DNA of 64,000 nt from a virus, in IMG/VR virus record IMGVR_UViG_3300025010_000004, positions 49,295-113,294 of that record. One strand, given 5' to 3'. The notes beneath the pieces were generated by a model. It was not told the DNA's origin. It saw only the letters and a program-made list of their open reading frames with translations, and searched no databases. Both the position numbers and the translations under genes were made by a program. Positions 43,046-52,815 of the stretch are shown here, piece after piece; the first letter of the stretch is position 1, and every line of letters starts with the position of its first letter.

Positions 43046-43170
43046 TTGACAAATTTCAATTTCTGTGGTATGATGCATTCATCGAGCCGTTAGGCGAAGA
43101 TGAATGCTAAGAGGTTGTCATGGTGTTGACTTTGACTTATGCCTTTATATGCCTCCCCTACCCCTAAACA
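43046..43170 (+). promoter_or_regulatory. sigma70 promoter + hairpin + repeats (module copy 3)
   Basis: TTGACA-17-TATGAT, hairpin identical to copy 1, TATGCCT x2 at 12-bp spacing. Confidence 0.8.
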
Positions 43171-43197
43171 TTATTTTATACGCCTTTCATTTTTTTC

Positions 43198-43226
43198 TTG
43201 ACTTTTGGTGAAAAGTGTGGTATAAT
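43198..43226 (+). promoter_or_regulatory. sigma70-type promoter
   Basis: TTGACT-17-TATAAT. Confidence 0.8.
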
Positions 43227-43241
43227 AGGTTTATTTTAAAT

Positions 43242-43271
43242 TAATAAAAAAATAAGATTTTAGGTATATAA
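43242..43271 (+). promoter_or_regulatory. putative late promoter
   Basis: TAATAAAA-N14-GTATATAA. Confidence 0.7.
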
Positions 43272-43290
43272 AAGATATAGGAGAAGTTGA

Positions 43291-43674
43291 ATGAACCTCG
43301 CATCAATGTCCAAACACAGCATAGAACCAGAACAGGTTAGTAGAGACAATTCAGATTTGTGGAGATACAGCACAGTATTGTTCTCCGAGCTTAGGAAAGA
43401 AAAGTATTCCAAGGCCGACCCCGCAGCTTACCTAAAGTACTGTGAGGCAGTTGGCCTAGAGTCGTATTCAGAACCATTTAAAGATATAGATTTGAAACTA
43501 GATATCGAGAAGTTCAAGACCAAGCTTAAAGGAGTAGACCTTGAAGTTTTTACTTTAATGCTTTTAGGAATGAAGCATAGAGAAATTAAAGATATAGTAG
43601 GAATAAGCCAAGCTTCTGTTAGTCTTAGGCTCAAGAGGATAAGATCACTTTTTAAAGATTTCTATTTTGATTAG
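43291..43674 (+). CDS. sigma-70 region 4-like HTH protein (candidate late regulator)
   Basis: L...DLEVF.L...G.KHREI..IVGISQASVS.RL.RIR. Confidence 0.7.
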   Translation: MNLASMSKHSIEPEQVSRDNSDLWRYSTVLFSELRKEKYSKADPAAYLKYCEAVGLESYSEPFKDIDLKLDIEKFKTKLKGVDLEVFTLMLLGMKHREIKDIVGISQASVSLRLKRIRSLFKDFYFD

Positions 43675-43682
43675 GAGTACTT

Positions 43683-44186
43683 GTGGATTTGTTTGAAGAT
43701 ATACCCAAGATAGACCCTACAGACGTACCTGATGTTGACCGTCGTGTAACTGTACAGGAAAGGCCTAGAGATTGGGAAGCAGAGAAATACGAAGTGGCTG
43801 AGTTGTTGGCCACTAAAGGCATGACACTACAAAGAGTCAGTGAAGTAACTGGTATCCCTATTTCAGCTATAAAGAGATGGAAGACTCAACCTGACTTTAG
43901 AAAGTACGTAAATGATTATGTATTAGAGATAGCAGAAACATTAAAAGCTTACAGGCTTAGTTTATACCTGAGGATGATCGACGCTAGAGTTGAGAAGATT
44001 GAAGAGATGGGAGATTATAGCCTACTGTCTACAAAAGATACTCTAGAAATTCTAGAAGCAATGAGACGGGAAACAGAGAAATCTGAAGATAAAGAACAGA
44101 CTCAGTATCTTAAAACAATAACGGCGCTAATCGACAAATCTCCTAGCACCATAGAAATAACTCATAGAGGAGATAAAAGTGAATAG
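43683..44186 (+). CDS. putative terminase small subunit (HTH)
   Basis: AELLA..G.T...VSE..GI....I.RW...P.F; lies before terL. Confidence 0.65.
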   Translation: MDLFEDIPKIDPTDVPDVDRRVTVQERPRDWEAEKYEVAELLATKGMTLQRVSEVTGIPISAIKRWKTQPDFRKYVNDYVLEIAETLKAYRLSLYLRMIDARVEKIEEMGDYSLLSTKDTLEILEAMRRETEKSEDKEQTQYLKTITALIDKSPSTIEITHRGDKSE

Positions 44187-44601
44187 CCTATTTAACAAAA
44201 TTAAAAATATATTTACAGAATCTGTAGAATACCATACCAAGACTCCTTCGGCTGTTTTCAAAGCGTTTATTTCAATGGTGCTAATACAATTTGCAATGCT
44301 AAGTCTAGTATCTATAGGCTGTGGCGTTAAAGACATACCTGTAGCAGAAGGCGTGGTTTCTTCTGCACATTTTTGGTGGGGGCTTCTGGGGTTATTTGGA
44401 GCCTCTGCTTTAGCGTTTGAGAAGTACATCAAAGGCGATAAGTTGATGCTAGTACTAGGATACTTATCCGCTATATTGTCGTTGTCTGTGCTGACATATG
44501 ACTTCGCTGGAAGTCAACCTCCAATCCTAACCGGAGGAATATTGACCGCAACTGCTATTATGTTCCTAGGAGGACTGCTATATGGAAGGCTCAAAGCCTA
44601 A
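44179..44601 (+). CDS. 4-TM membrane protein (holin-like)
   Basis: Four hydrophobic segments. Confidence 0.55.
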   Translation: MNSLFNKIKNIFTESVEYHTKTPSAVFKAFISMVLIQFAMLSLVSIGCGVKDIPVAEGVVSSAHFWWGLLGLFGASALAFEKYIKGDKLMLVLGYLSAILSLSVLTYDFAGSQPPILTGGILTATAIMFLGGLLYGRLKA

Positions 44602-44872
44602 TCAATACAACAAGGACTTATGTGATTTAAGGCATGAGACACAGGTGAAAGAGGCAGAGAGCCTTAGAGACGAAGATAGAAAACTATGGGCAGCTATAGA
44701 CGAAATTATAAACCCAGCCACTGGCCACATAGCTATCCTTAGAGTAGACCTAGAAAGGAAGATTGACAGGCAGGACTCAAGATTAAACGGGCTTATAATC
44801 TCAATAATCACAGTGGCTGTCAGTGTCGCTATTGCAATAGGAGCCGAATTCTTTAAGAAATTCGTGAAATAA
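44582..44872 (+). CDS. coiled-coil protein with C-terminal TM segment
   Basis: C..RH..coiled coil..TM. Confidence 0.6.
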   Translation: MEGSKPNQYNKDLCDLRHETQVKEAESLRDEDRKLWAAIDEIINPATGHIAILRVDLERKIDRQDSRLNGLIISIITVAVSVAIAIGAEFFKKFVK

Positions 44873-44876
44873 CCAA

Positions 44877-46448
44877 ATGAGTGTAGCAAAGAAACAGCCA
44901 GCATTACGTAGTTCGAAGGTATTAGACTACCTAAAAGTAAAAGGAAGAATTAGTTCTTATACATTTCTCGACCATGTAGGAAACATACCTCACGACGGAC
45001 AGCGAAAATTAATTGACGCGTATATGGAGAAGATAGAGCCTTGCGCAGAAACGGCAGCACTAGGGCTGGCCTTTGATTATAGGTACAGAACTTTAGTAGC
45101 TGCTTGTGGTCGTAGATGGGGCAAATCTTTCATTGTTTCAAATCTCGCAGCAGAGGAAATGCTTTACCCTAATGCCCAAGTTCTTATATGTTCTTACCGT
45201 CTAGAGAACTGTAAAGTTATTTTTAACCAAGTCAGAGAGATAATTAAAAAGCTTGGGGTCGAGATAGTAGCAGATAGGAAAAAGGAACTTGAGCTTGAGT
45301 TAGCGCATGGGGCTAAGCTTTGTGTAGCATCTAACGATAACGTAGAATCTAGGCTAGGTAATTCAGTATCCCTTTTAATTATTGACGAAGCTAAGTTGTT
45401 CCAGCGAGATTTGTACGAGACATACCTAGAGCCTCAGCTTCTAGACTACGCTCCATACTCTAGAGCAATTCTAATTAGCTCTCCTAAAGAGGGTTGGCTG
45501 CAAGACTACTATGACAGAGGGCAGAGTAACCATCCTGACTTTGAAGATTTTTGGTCAACGTCTTTTCCTACTTCATCAAACCCAACAATTTCAAAACAGT
45601 TCTTGGATAGACTGCAGAAACGAGTACCGCCTGATGTTTGGGAACAGGAGTACGAAGGAAAATTTGTATCTACCGCTGGTAAAGTGTTCAAAGAGTTTAA
45701 CAGACTAAACAACGTATTCACGGATAACGAGTTTCCTAAGTTTTGGGACTGGGTTAGAAGTAGAAACAACCCATTGTTTCACTCTGTAGACAGCGGCTAC
45801 ACACATTACTTCGCTGGTATATATTGCTTGCATATGGAAGACCTGGACACTTATTTTCTGTTCGGAGAGTATCAGGTTAATAAGAAGGTAACACCAGTAC
45901 ATGCTGATAACATAAAGACCTATGAAGAACGCTACGGAGTAGAACCGTATTTGCGATTTGCAGACCCAGCGGCTGCCCAGCAGATAGCAGACTTTACAGA
46001 ATATGATCTGTATTTCAACTTGTCTAGCAAGAGCCTTAGAGAGTCTATTAACTGCGTTAACACATTGTTCTTTCAGGATAGTAAAGTTACTAAAAGGAAG
46101 AGGCTTCTAGTGCATGAAAGTTGCGGAGAGCTTATACGGCAGTTATCACAGGTAGGTTGGAAAGAAGACTCCACGCAGATGGCTAGAGAGAACTCATCTG
46201 GAAGTGTAAAGCCTTTCACTAAGGACGATAACAATACCGACTGGGATTTGATAGACGCACTTAGGTATGGTCTGTTTAGTTACATAAAAATAGGAAACAC
46301 CGACCTGTCAGTTATAGATCATACCATAGGTCTTACACCAGCAGGTTATGAAGAAGACGCAGACGAAGAAGATATGGATATGTATAGAGCTTTAGCTGCC
46401 CAAGGGATGTTTAGAGTATCCAGCAATATAGACAATGAAGATGACTAG
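44877..46448 (+). CDS. terL: terminase large subunit
   Basis: PH.GQ, CGRRWGKS, LIIDEA, ISSP, QEY.G.F, DSG, DLIDALRYG. Confidence 0.95.
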   Translation: MSVAKKQPALRSSKVLDYLKVKGRISSYTFLDHVGNIPHDGQRKLIDAYMEKIEPCAETAALGLAFDYRYRTLVAACGRRWGKSFIVSNLAAEEMLYPNAQVLICSYRLENCKVIFNQVREIIKKLGVEIVADRKKELELELAHGAKLCVASNDNVESRLGNSVSLLIIDEAKLFQRDLYETYLEPQLLDYAPYSRAILISSPKEGWLQDYYDRGQSNHPDFEDFWSTSFPTSSNPTISKQFLDRLQKRVPPDVWEQEYEGKFVSTAGKVFKEFNRLNNVFTDNEFPKFWDWVRSRNNPLFHSVDSGYTHYFAGIYCLHMEDLDTYFLFGEYQVNKKVTPVHADNIKTYEERYGVEPYLRFADPAAAQQIADFTEYDLYFNLSSKSLRESINCVNTLFFQDSKVTKRKRLLVHESCGELIRQLSQVGWKEDSTQMARENSSGSVKPFTKDDNNTDWDLIDALRYGLFSYIKIGNTDLSVIDHTIGLTPAGYEEDADEEDMDMYRALAAQGMFRVSSNIDNEDD

Positions 46449-46457
46449 GAGTAATAC

Positions 46458-47900
46458 ATGAGTATTTTTAATAAATTGTTTGGCACTAAAGAAGTCGAAT
46501 CGGTGCAGCAGGAGGTGGCCATATCTTCTCCTGATATATGCCTGTTCTACTCCGATGCCAAACCAGTAGTTAACTATACTGAGAAAGATAATCGGGCAGA
46601 TAAGGTTAACTTTAGAGGTATAGGTTCAAGTAAGTATGGCTCTGGAACTCCTCCTGCGCTTTACGACAAATCTATAACAGCGGTAAAATCGTTCCCGATT
46701 GTGTATGGGTGTATAACCGCTATATCAGAAGCTATAGCATCCTTGAATGTAAAAGTGTACGAAGTTAACGGTGGGCAGAAGACCGAGGTAACAGACCATC
46801 CATTCTACCAGCTATTTTCAAGACCCAACCCTTACCAAGGAAGCTACGAGTTTCTAGAGGAACTGCAGCAGACTCTGGATGTAATGGGCAATGTATTTAT
46901 AGGTATAGAGAAGGTAGCAGGTACGCTTGAGCTTTACTTGCTTAACCCTAAATATGTAGCCATACTGCCTGACCCTAGAATTAAGGTAAAGGGTTACGTA
47001 TACTACATCAACGGCGAGACAGTAAAATATAAGCCAGAAGAAATAATCCATATTAAGTATACTGACGTTGATGACCCTTACTATGGAATCCCACCTTTGA
47101 GTGCAGCGACAGATGTTCTGTCGTTTGAAACTTCACGCCTTAAGTACGCCAATCAATTCTTTATTAACGGAGCTATCCCTACAGGTGTGTTAGAAACTGA
47201 TAGCAATCTAGGAGACTCCCTTCTTAAAAAACTAAGGTCTGAATGGTCTAACTTACATAGAGGCGTTTCTAATAGCCATAAGGTAGCTATCTTGCAGGGA
47301 GGTTTGAAATACAGAAACATAGCCTCTCCCATCAAAGATCTAGATTTTAAGGCTCTTAAAGAGGTAACTAAGGAAGACATACTTACTATTTACAAAGTTC
47401 CTGAGAGCGTTCTGGGCAACCAGTCGGGGACGGGTAGTAATGAAGGAAAGTCTGCCTTGACAGCGTTCTGGAGAGGCAGCCTTGTACCTAGACTTAAGCG
47501 TATAGAAAGTTGTCTTAACCGAGGGCTGTCTATAGATGTATTTGGGCAGGGAAAATTTTACTTCGAGTTTAATATCAAAGAAATCGAGGCCTTACAAGAA
47601 GATAAAGTAGCGCAATCTCAATACCTTAAAGAGATGATGGGGTCTAGTGTACTAACTGCTAATGAGTGTAGAGCCGTGCTTGGGTACCCTAGAATCGAAG
47701 ATGAATACGCTGATAAGTTGTTGATTTCTAACAGTTTTTTTGGAAATGCTTTGTTACCGGCAGACGCAGCTACTGCTGCGGCTAGTGCTGGAGGGGCTGG
47801 TAGTACTCAAGAAAAACCAGCTGTTAAGCCTATTGTGGCACCTAATCCGTCAAAACCTAAGCCAGCAAAAACTACTCCTGAAAAGAAGCCTAAAAAATAA
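46458..47900 (+). CDS. HK97-family portal protein
   Basis: VY.CI..I..AIA, RPNP, GN.F, IIH, YG.PP, F.NGA.P.GVL, LTANE.R. Confidence 0.95.
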   Translation: MSIFNKLFGTKEVESVQQEVAISSPDICLFYSDAKPVVNYTEKDNRADKVNFRGIGSSKYGSGTPPALYDKSITAVKSFPIVYGCITAISEAIASLNVKVYEVNGGQKTEVTDHPFYQLFSRPNPYQGSYEFLEELQQTLDVMGNVFIGIEKVAGTLELYLLNPKYVAILPDPRIKVKGYVYYINGETVKYKPEEIIHIKYTDVDDPYYGIPPLSAATDVLSFETSRLKYANQFFINGAIPTGVLETDSNLGDSLLKKLRSEWSNLHRGVSNSHKVAILQGGLKYRNIASPIKDLDFKALKEVTKEDILTIYKVPESVLGNQSGTGSNEGKSALTAFWRGSLVPRLKRIESCLNRGLSIDVFGQGKFYFEFNIKEIEALQEDKVAQSQYLKEMMGSSVLTANECRAVLGYPRIEDEYADKLLISNSFFGNALLPADAATAAASAGGAGSTQEKPAVKPIVAPNPSKPKPAKTTPEKKPKK

Positions 47901-47913
47901 TTTTATTTTTATT

Positions 47914-47943
47914 TAATAAAAATAACCGTATAAACGTATATAA
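47914..47943 (+). promoter_or_regulatory. putative late promoter
   Basis: TAATAAAA-N14-GTATATAA before protease/capsid. Confidence 0.75.
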
Positions 47944-48009
47944 TAGTATAGAGGGATTAATGAACATACTTGCTACTCCTACAGCAAAGGAGTATTTTGG
48001 AGTACTTGA

Positions 48010-48993
48010 ATGAGCAACCTTATAGATAAAAAAGAATTTAAAATAATTGCCCCCTTTGAGGTAAAATCAGAAGAGTCCACTGGTGAGATACTTACGCTAG
48101 AGGGCTTTGCAAACTACATGGGTGAGCCTGATTCTAACGGGTATGGCACCTATTCAGATCTTCAAGATGATACGGTACAAGTGAAAGGAATAGACCTTTC
48201 CATCTACAAGATTAACCCTATAGTTCTTCTACAGCATGATAAAGCACAGCCTATTGGAAAATGCGTTAAGATAGAAAAACGAAAAAATGGTTTGTGGGTG
48301 CGTATAGAAATTTACAAAGATGCTTGTGATGAAAAAGATTTCAACAGGATAAAGAATGAGATAATTAAGTCGTTTTCAATTGGGTTTATGGCCTTGAAAA
48401 CTGAGCTTAAAGAAACAGATTCTGGAAACTTCGTTAGATACATTATGAAGTCTAGACTGCTAGAGATATCGTGTGTATCAATACCGGCATCATCTCCATC
48501 TGTGTATAGCGTTATTAAATCAATTGATGGTGAGGGGTTCTATACAGAGCAGGTAGAAGACGAGGAAACTATTAGTAATACCAATTCAGATACTACATCA
48601 AATACCAAAGAGGAACTAACGATGAATATTAAACTGAAAAGGGCTGATCTTCTGACTGAGGCAGATCTAGATACTTTTAAATCCCTTGGGGGAAATACTG
48701 AGGAAGAAGTCGAAGTAGGCCTTTCCGATTTTATTAAAAGTATCGTAGCTAGAGAAGTTGCTGATATTCTAGCTGCTAAAGAATCTGCTCAGAAAGAAGC
48801 TGAGGCTAAAGCTCAAGAAGAGGCAGAAGCCAAAGCACAGGAAGAGGCTGAACTTAAGGCTGCAGAAGAAGCGAAACTTGCCGCAGAAGCAGAGGCGGTT
48901 AAATTGGAAGAAGCAAAAGAACTGGAAGCCGAGCTGGTTGAACTTAAAGCTCTCATAGACGAACTCCGAAGTTTGGCGACGGAAGAGAAATAA
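48010..48993 (+). CDS. HK97-type prohead protease with C-terminal coiled-coil (scaffold-like) region
   Basis: NPIVLLQHD..PIG, FSIGF, LLEISCVSIPA; EAEAKAQE repeats. Confidence 0.92.
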   Translation: MSNLIDKKEFKIIAPFEVKSEESTGEILTLEGFANYMGEPDSNGYGTYSDLQDDTVQVKGIDLSIYKINPIVLLQHDKAQPIGKCVKIEKRKNGLWVRIEIYKDACDEKDFNRIKNEIIKSFSIGFMALKTELKETDSGNFVRYIMKSRLLEISCVSIPASSPSVYSVIKSIDGEGFYTEQVEDEETISNTNSDTTSNTKEELTMNIKLKRADLLTEADLDTFKSLGGNTEEEVEVGLSDFIKSIVAREVADILAAKESAQKEAEAKAQEEAEAKAQEEAELKAAEEAKLAAEAEAVKLEEAKELEAELVELKALIDELRSLATEEK

Positions 48994-49019
48994 TAACTAA
49001 TTATTAGGAGATAGAAAAA

Positions 49020-50339
49020 ATGAACGAAATTGAAGTTCTTAAACGTGAAATTGCTGAGCTTACTCAGCTGATGCAAACTAAGGCGCAGGCTGGGCAGTCC
49101 GCAGAAGTTAAAGAGCTTAGCGAAAAATTCGCAGCTCTTGAGTCTGCCGTTGCTGAGCGGAAGTTCAAATTTGATACCGCTGAGAAATCTCAGGTTGGTA
49201 TCTCTAAAGAAGCTGAGAAGAAGCTTGACGAACTTTTCATTGCCTCTGCTCTGCTTGTCCGTAAAGATGGCCGGCTCGACAAAGATGCTTACGCATCTAT
49301 CGCTGCTGCTCCTGACTATCGTGACGTACTCAAGGACGCCGTAGCTCTCCCTAACCAGGGTACTAGCTCTTCGCAGACTACTGCTGATGCAGTAGGTGGC
49401 GACTTTATTCCTTCTGGGTTCTCTTCTACCCTTCTTGAAGAAATCTGGCTCAAACTTGAAATCGCAGCTCTGTTTGATCGGTTCAATATGACCGCTTCAA
49501 CCTACACCTTCCCGTTTGCACCTGACCGTTTGGTTGCTCGTAAAGGTACTGAGGGTGCTGCGGTTTCTAAAGACCGCTTCGCAACCGACCAGATTATCTT
49601 CACCGCGAAGAAAATCATGGCGAACGTTGACTTCACTGACGAAATCGAGCAGGACAGCATTATAGCTATGCTTCCTCTTGTTCGTCGGAAGCTCATCGAA
49701 GGGTTCGCTATTGGTCAGGAGCAGATCTGTCTTAACGGTGATGTTACCTCTGGTGCCACTAACATTAACGGCGACCTAGATAGTACTCCGCAGGATATTC
49801 GCCTCACTGTGTCTGGTATCCGTAAGTCTGGTGCTTCACATATGTACAGCCTGGCTTCTGGTGGGCTGAGCGCCGACAACCTTCGGCTGCTTCGTACTAA
49901 AATGGGCAAGTATGGTAAAAACCCGTCCGACCTGTGCTACATCGTTAGCATGCAGGACTACAACAAGATTCTTGGGTTTGCAAACTACCAGACCCTTTAT
50001 CAGTATGGGCCTAACGCAGTAATCTTCACCGGAGAACTCGGAAGACTTGACGGAATCCCTGTTATCGTTACAGAGCTTCTGCCTTCGTCTGACGGTACTG
50101 CTACTACCGGCGTTAATGCCTCTGGCATTACTGACGCTACTGCAGAAAACAATGTCAAAAACATCTGTGGCCTTGTTAACAAGAATGCGTTTATGTGGGG
50201 AGATCGTAAATCGTTCGGTCTCGAAACCTTCCGTAACCCGTTCAACCAGATGACCTCCCTCATTGGTAGTCAGCGTCTAGACTTCCAGAAGGTTCTTACT
50301 TCTACCGATCCTACTGCGGTTTGGGGTATCAACTACTAA
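49020..50339 (+). CDS. major capsid protein (HK97 fold)
   Basis: N-terminal delta domain, GGDFIP, LNGD, GRLDGIPVIV; strong codon bias. Confidence 0.93.
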   Translation: MNEIEVLKREIAELTQLMQTKAQAGQSAEVKELSEKFAALESAVAERKFKFDTAEKSQVGISKEAEKKLDELFIASALLVRKDGRLDKDAYASIAAAPDYRDVLKDAVALPNQGTSSSQTTADAVGGDFIPSGFSSTLLEEIWLKLEIAALFDRFNMTASTYTFPFAPDRLVARKGTEGAAVSKDRFATDQIIFTAKKIMANVDFTDEIEQDSIIAMLPLVRRKLIEGFAIGQEQICLNGDVTSGATNINGDLDSTPQDIRLTVSGIRKSGASHMYSLASGGLSADNLRLLRTKMGKYGKNPSDLCYIVSMQDYNKILGFANYQTLYQYGPNAVIFTGELGRLDGIPVIVTELLPSSDGTATTGVNASGITDATAENNVKNICGLVNKNAFMWGDRKSFGLETFRNPFNQMTSLIGSQRLDFQKVLTSTDPTAVWGINY

Positions 50340-50350
50340 GATTAAATACA

Positions 50351-50372
50351 GAGGGGCTGTTCGCAGCCCCTC
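50351..50372 (+). terminator. hairpin after capsid gene
   Basis: GAGGGGCTG-TTCG-CAGCCCCTC. Confidence 0.7.
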
Positions 50373-50390
50373 TACTCCTAAGAGGTTTGT

Positions 50391-50609
50391 GTGGAACTAC
50401 TTTGTATACAAAAATATAATGATATTAGATTTACACTTCTTCCAGGCGATACCACTGAAAAAGTTCCTTACCTTGATGACGAGTTTAAACTGGATCTATT
50501 GATGGACTATCCCGGTAACTTCAAGCTAATTAAAATGGAAGAAGCGCCAAAGGAATTCAAGATAGAGCTAAAAGAAGACAAACTAAAGAGTAAGATAACT
50601 AAGAAATAG
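50391..50609 (+). CDS. hypothetical virion-associated protein
   Basis: 72 aa, position. Confidence 0.6.
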   Translation: MELLCIQKYNDIRFTLLPGDTTEKVPYLDDEFKLDLLMDYPGNFKLIKMEEAPKEFKIELKEDKLKSKITKK

Positions 50610-50617
50610 AGGCTTAC

Positions 50618-51169
50618 ATGGCATTCACTACAGTAGACAACGTAACACTATTTCTGAATAATCCTACACTAAGCCGTCCTCATGAGCTGCTTATCCCGAT
50701 GCTAATTTCTATGATTGATGGTTCTATTAAGAATTATTGTGGGTGGGAAATATCGGCAAAGGATTATGTTACAAAGTTTGATGGTAACGGCACCAATACC
50801 TTAGACCTTAGAGTTTACCCTCTTAATACATTAACTAGTCTTACTATAGATGGTGAGGACTATACTGAAATAGTATCACTTAACGAAGCAGATGGTGAGC
50901 TTTATTTTGACAGCAACGTTGGATCGGTATTTACTGCTGGGAAGCAGAATGTAGTAGCCAGTTATAATGCCGGGTTTACCGCTATACCCGCTGATCTAGA
51001 ATACGTAGCAACTTACCTTGTAGTACTAAATTTTAATCGCATCACTCAGGAAGCTATTGGAGTTTCAGAAGATACGTTCAACAATGTTAAAGTAAAGTAT
51101 GATCCTTCTGATATTCCTAAGCTAGTAAGTAATGCGCTAGATATGTACAGACGACGCTCTGTATACTAA
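50618..51169 (+). CDS. head-tail adaptor
   Basis: I.NYCG, FDG.G, Y.AGF..IPADL, L..YRR. Confidence 0.85.
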   Translation: MAFTTVDNVTLFLNNPTLSRPHELLIPMLISMIDGSIKNYCGWEISAKDYVTKFDGNGTNTLDLRVYPLNTLTSLTIDGEDYTEIVSLNEADGELYFDSNVGSVFTAGKQNVVASYNAGFTAIPADLEYVATYLVVLNFNRITQEAIGVSEDTFNNVKVKYDPSDIPKLVSNALDMYRRRSVY

Positions 51170-51178
51170 GGGGTTGCC

Positions 51179-51796
51179 GTGCGAGGAGCTAAAAGTTCTG
51201 CTGACAGGATACTAAAAAGAGTAGGTATTATAGATGGTGAAGGCAGGATATACAACGTAGACTCTGCCACTTACAACTACGGTTATATTACCGTCAACCC
51301 TTTGGCCACAACTCCTTTTTCTAGGAGTATTGTACATAAAGGGTGGTTCTCTGGGACTTCTGATATAAGTAACGGAGACCTTCTGCAAGACCGAGGTGAC
51401 AACCTCTACTACCTTGTAATGTCGGTTAAGCAAGAAATTGATTCTGGCGCTTCTGCTTACATAGATGGAACGCTTTACTTAGCTAACAGGGTTGTAAACA
51501 TATATAGGTTTTCTGATACTTCTAAGAACTTCTTTGGAAAGGATGTTTCGGCTGGCCCTAGTGTAGTAGTTGAAAATATACGGGCTATGATTACTCCAAT
51601 AGCATTGGATGTACTTGAACAGCCTGACCAGACGTTGATTAAAGCCAAGATTAAAGTAGTTGTTCAGGCTAAGTATGGAGTTAAAGTTCAGGATAGAATA
51701 ACCACAACTTCTGGCGGCAACTATAAAGTAGTTTCTGTTGACAATGAATCTTTAGAGGGATTAACCGTACTGTACGTAGATGAGGATATTCGGTAA
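51179..51796 (+). CDS. head closure-like protein
   Basis: Position; DRI....Y.V.SV. Confidence 0.6.
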   Translation: MRGAKSSADRILKRVGIIDGEGRIYNVDSATYNYGYITVNPLATTPFSRSIVHKGWFSGTSDISNGDLLQDRGDNLYYLVMSVKQEIDSGASAYIDGTLYLANRVVNIYRFSDTSKNFFGKDVSAGPSVVVENIRAMITPIALDVLEQPDQTLIKAKIKVVVQAKYGVKVQDRITTTSGGNYKVVSVDNESLEGLTVLYVDEDIR

Positions 51797-52371
51797 TGAG
51801 TGTAGTGTCTCTGACAGCTAACAAAGCAGACTTAGACAGGATAGCTAAAAAGCTTACTGCCTTTTCTAAGGAACTTAAGGCACCAAGAGGACTATTGTTC
51901 ACATATAGGTTATACCTGCTAAACGAATACAAAGAAGCTATAGCTGGAGCTATGGGTTCTGTAAATGCTGTAGACGGGGGAATGGCGCAGATAAACTTTA
52001 TGAAACCAATTTCCGTTTTCTGGAAACCACTAACTCCATTTACACTTAAAGACAAGTCTATTAGGCATGGTGGGACAAAAAGAAGTTTGACTATATGGGA
52101 AGATTCTGGAGATACTAAGAAGGCTGTACGTGTATTTGAAAATGAAGGATTCGCCGGGATAAGTAGAGCAGCAAACCCTATAGAATACGAAAGAGCACTT
52201 AGTGTAGAATACGGCAATTTTATCTGGCAGGAATCCAAACAGATCAAAGGAGCAGCAAGAGCACTATTTACAATAGCAAATGAATCTTTTAACCAGAACA
52301 GAGACGTTATAGTAGAACAAGTTCTACTTAGGATAAGGGCTGCTAAAGAAAAGGTTAACTGGGGTGGTTAA
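51796..52371 (+). CDS. neck/tail-completion protein (HK97 gp10-like)
   Basis: W.PL...T, DSG, VEYG, AR.LF. Confidence 0.6.
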   Translation: MSVVSLTANKADLDRIAKKLTAFSKELKAPRGLLFTYRLYLLNEYKEAIAGAMGSVNAVDGGMAQINFMKPISVFWKPLTPFTLKDKSIRHGGTKRSLTIWEDSGDTKKAVRVFENEGFAGISRAANPIEYERALSVEYGNFIWQESKQIKGAARALFTIANESFNQNRDVIVEQVLLRIRAAKEKVNWGG

Positions 52372-52791
52372 ATGGTAGGACTAGATGATGTAGAAGCAAG
52401 CCTTTTTAAATACCTCTATGATACGCTAGAAGTTGGAAAAGGTATTGCAGTACATGACAGTATAACGCTAGAAGATTTTTCAGCGTTTACTAAATGGGTG
52501 GTAATGGATACACTCAACACTTACGTAGGAGCACAACCTAAAACTCTTTATTTTCTAAGAGCCGCTGTACAACATGGAATGAAGAATGAAAGTACCGAAC
52601 TTGCTAGTTTAGTTGACACGGTTGTAAATGAGGTAGATGGAGCGAACGTACCTATCTATGACTATGAAACTGAAGAGCTTGTCGGTAATATGAATATAAC
52701 TGTAGATTCAATATCTCCTGCTATACCACATAGTAGTGGAGGTAGTTTTAGAAGTATAACACTTACTGTGACCTATGAAGGTCACGCTTAA
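52372..52791 (+). CDS. tail terminator-like protein
   Basis: Size and position before the tail tube gene. Confidence 0.55.
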   Translation: MVGLDDVEASLFKYLYDTLEVGKGIAVHDSITLEDFSAFTKWVVMDTLNTYVGAQPKTLYFLRAAVQHGMKNESTELASLVDTVVNEVDGANVPIYDYETEELVGNMNITVDSISPAIPHSSGGSFRSITLTVTYEGHA

Positions 52792-52815
52792 TTAACTTAA
52801 TAGGAGAAATATATT

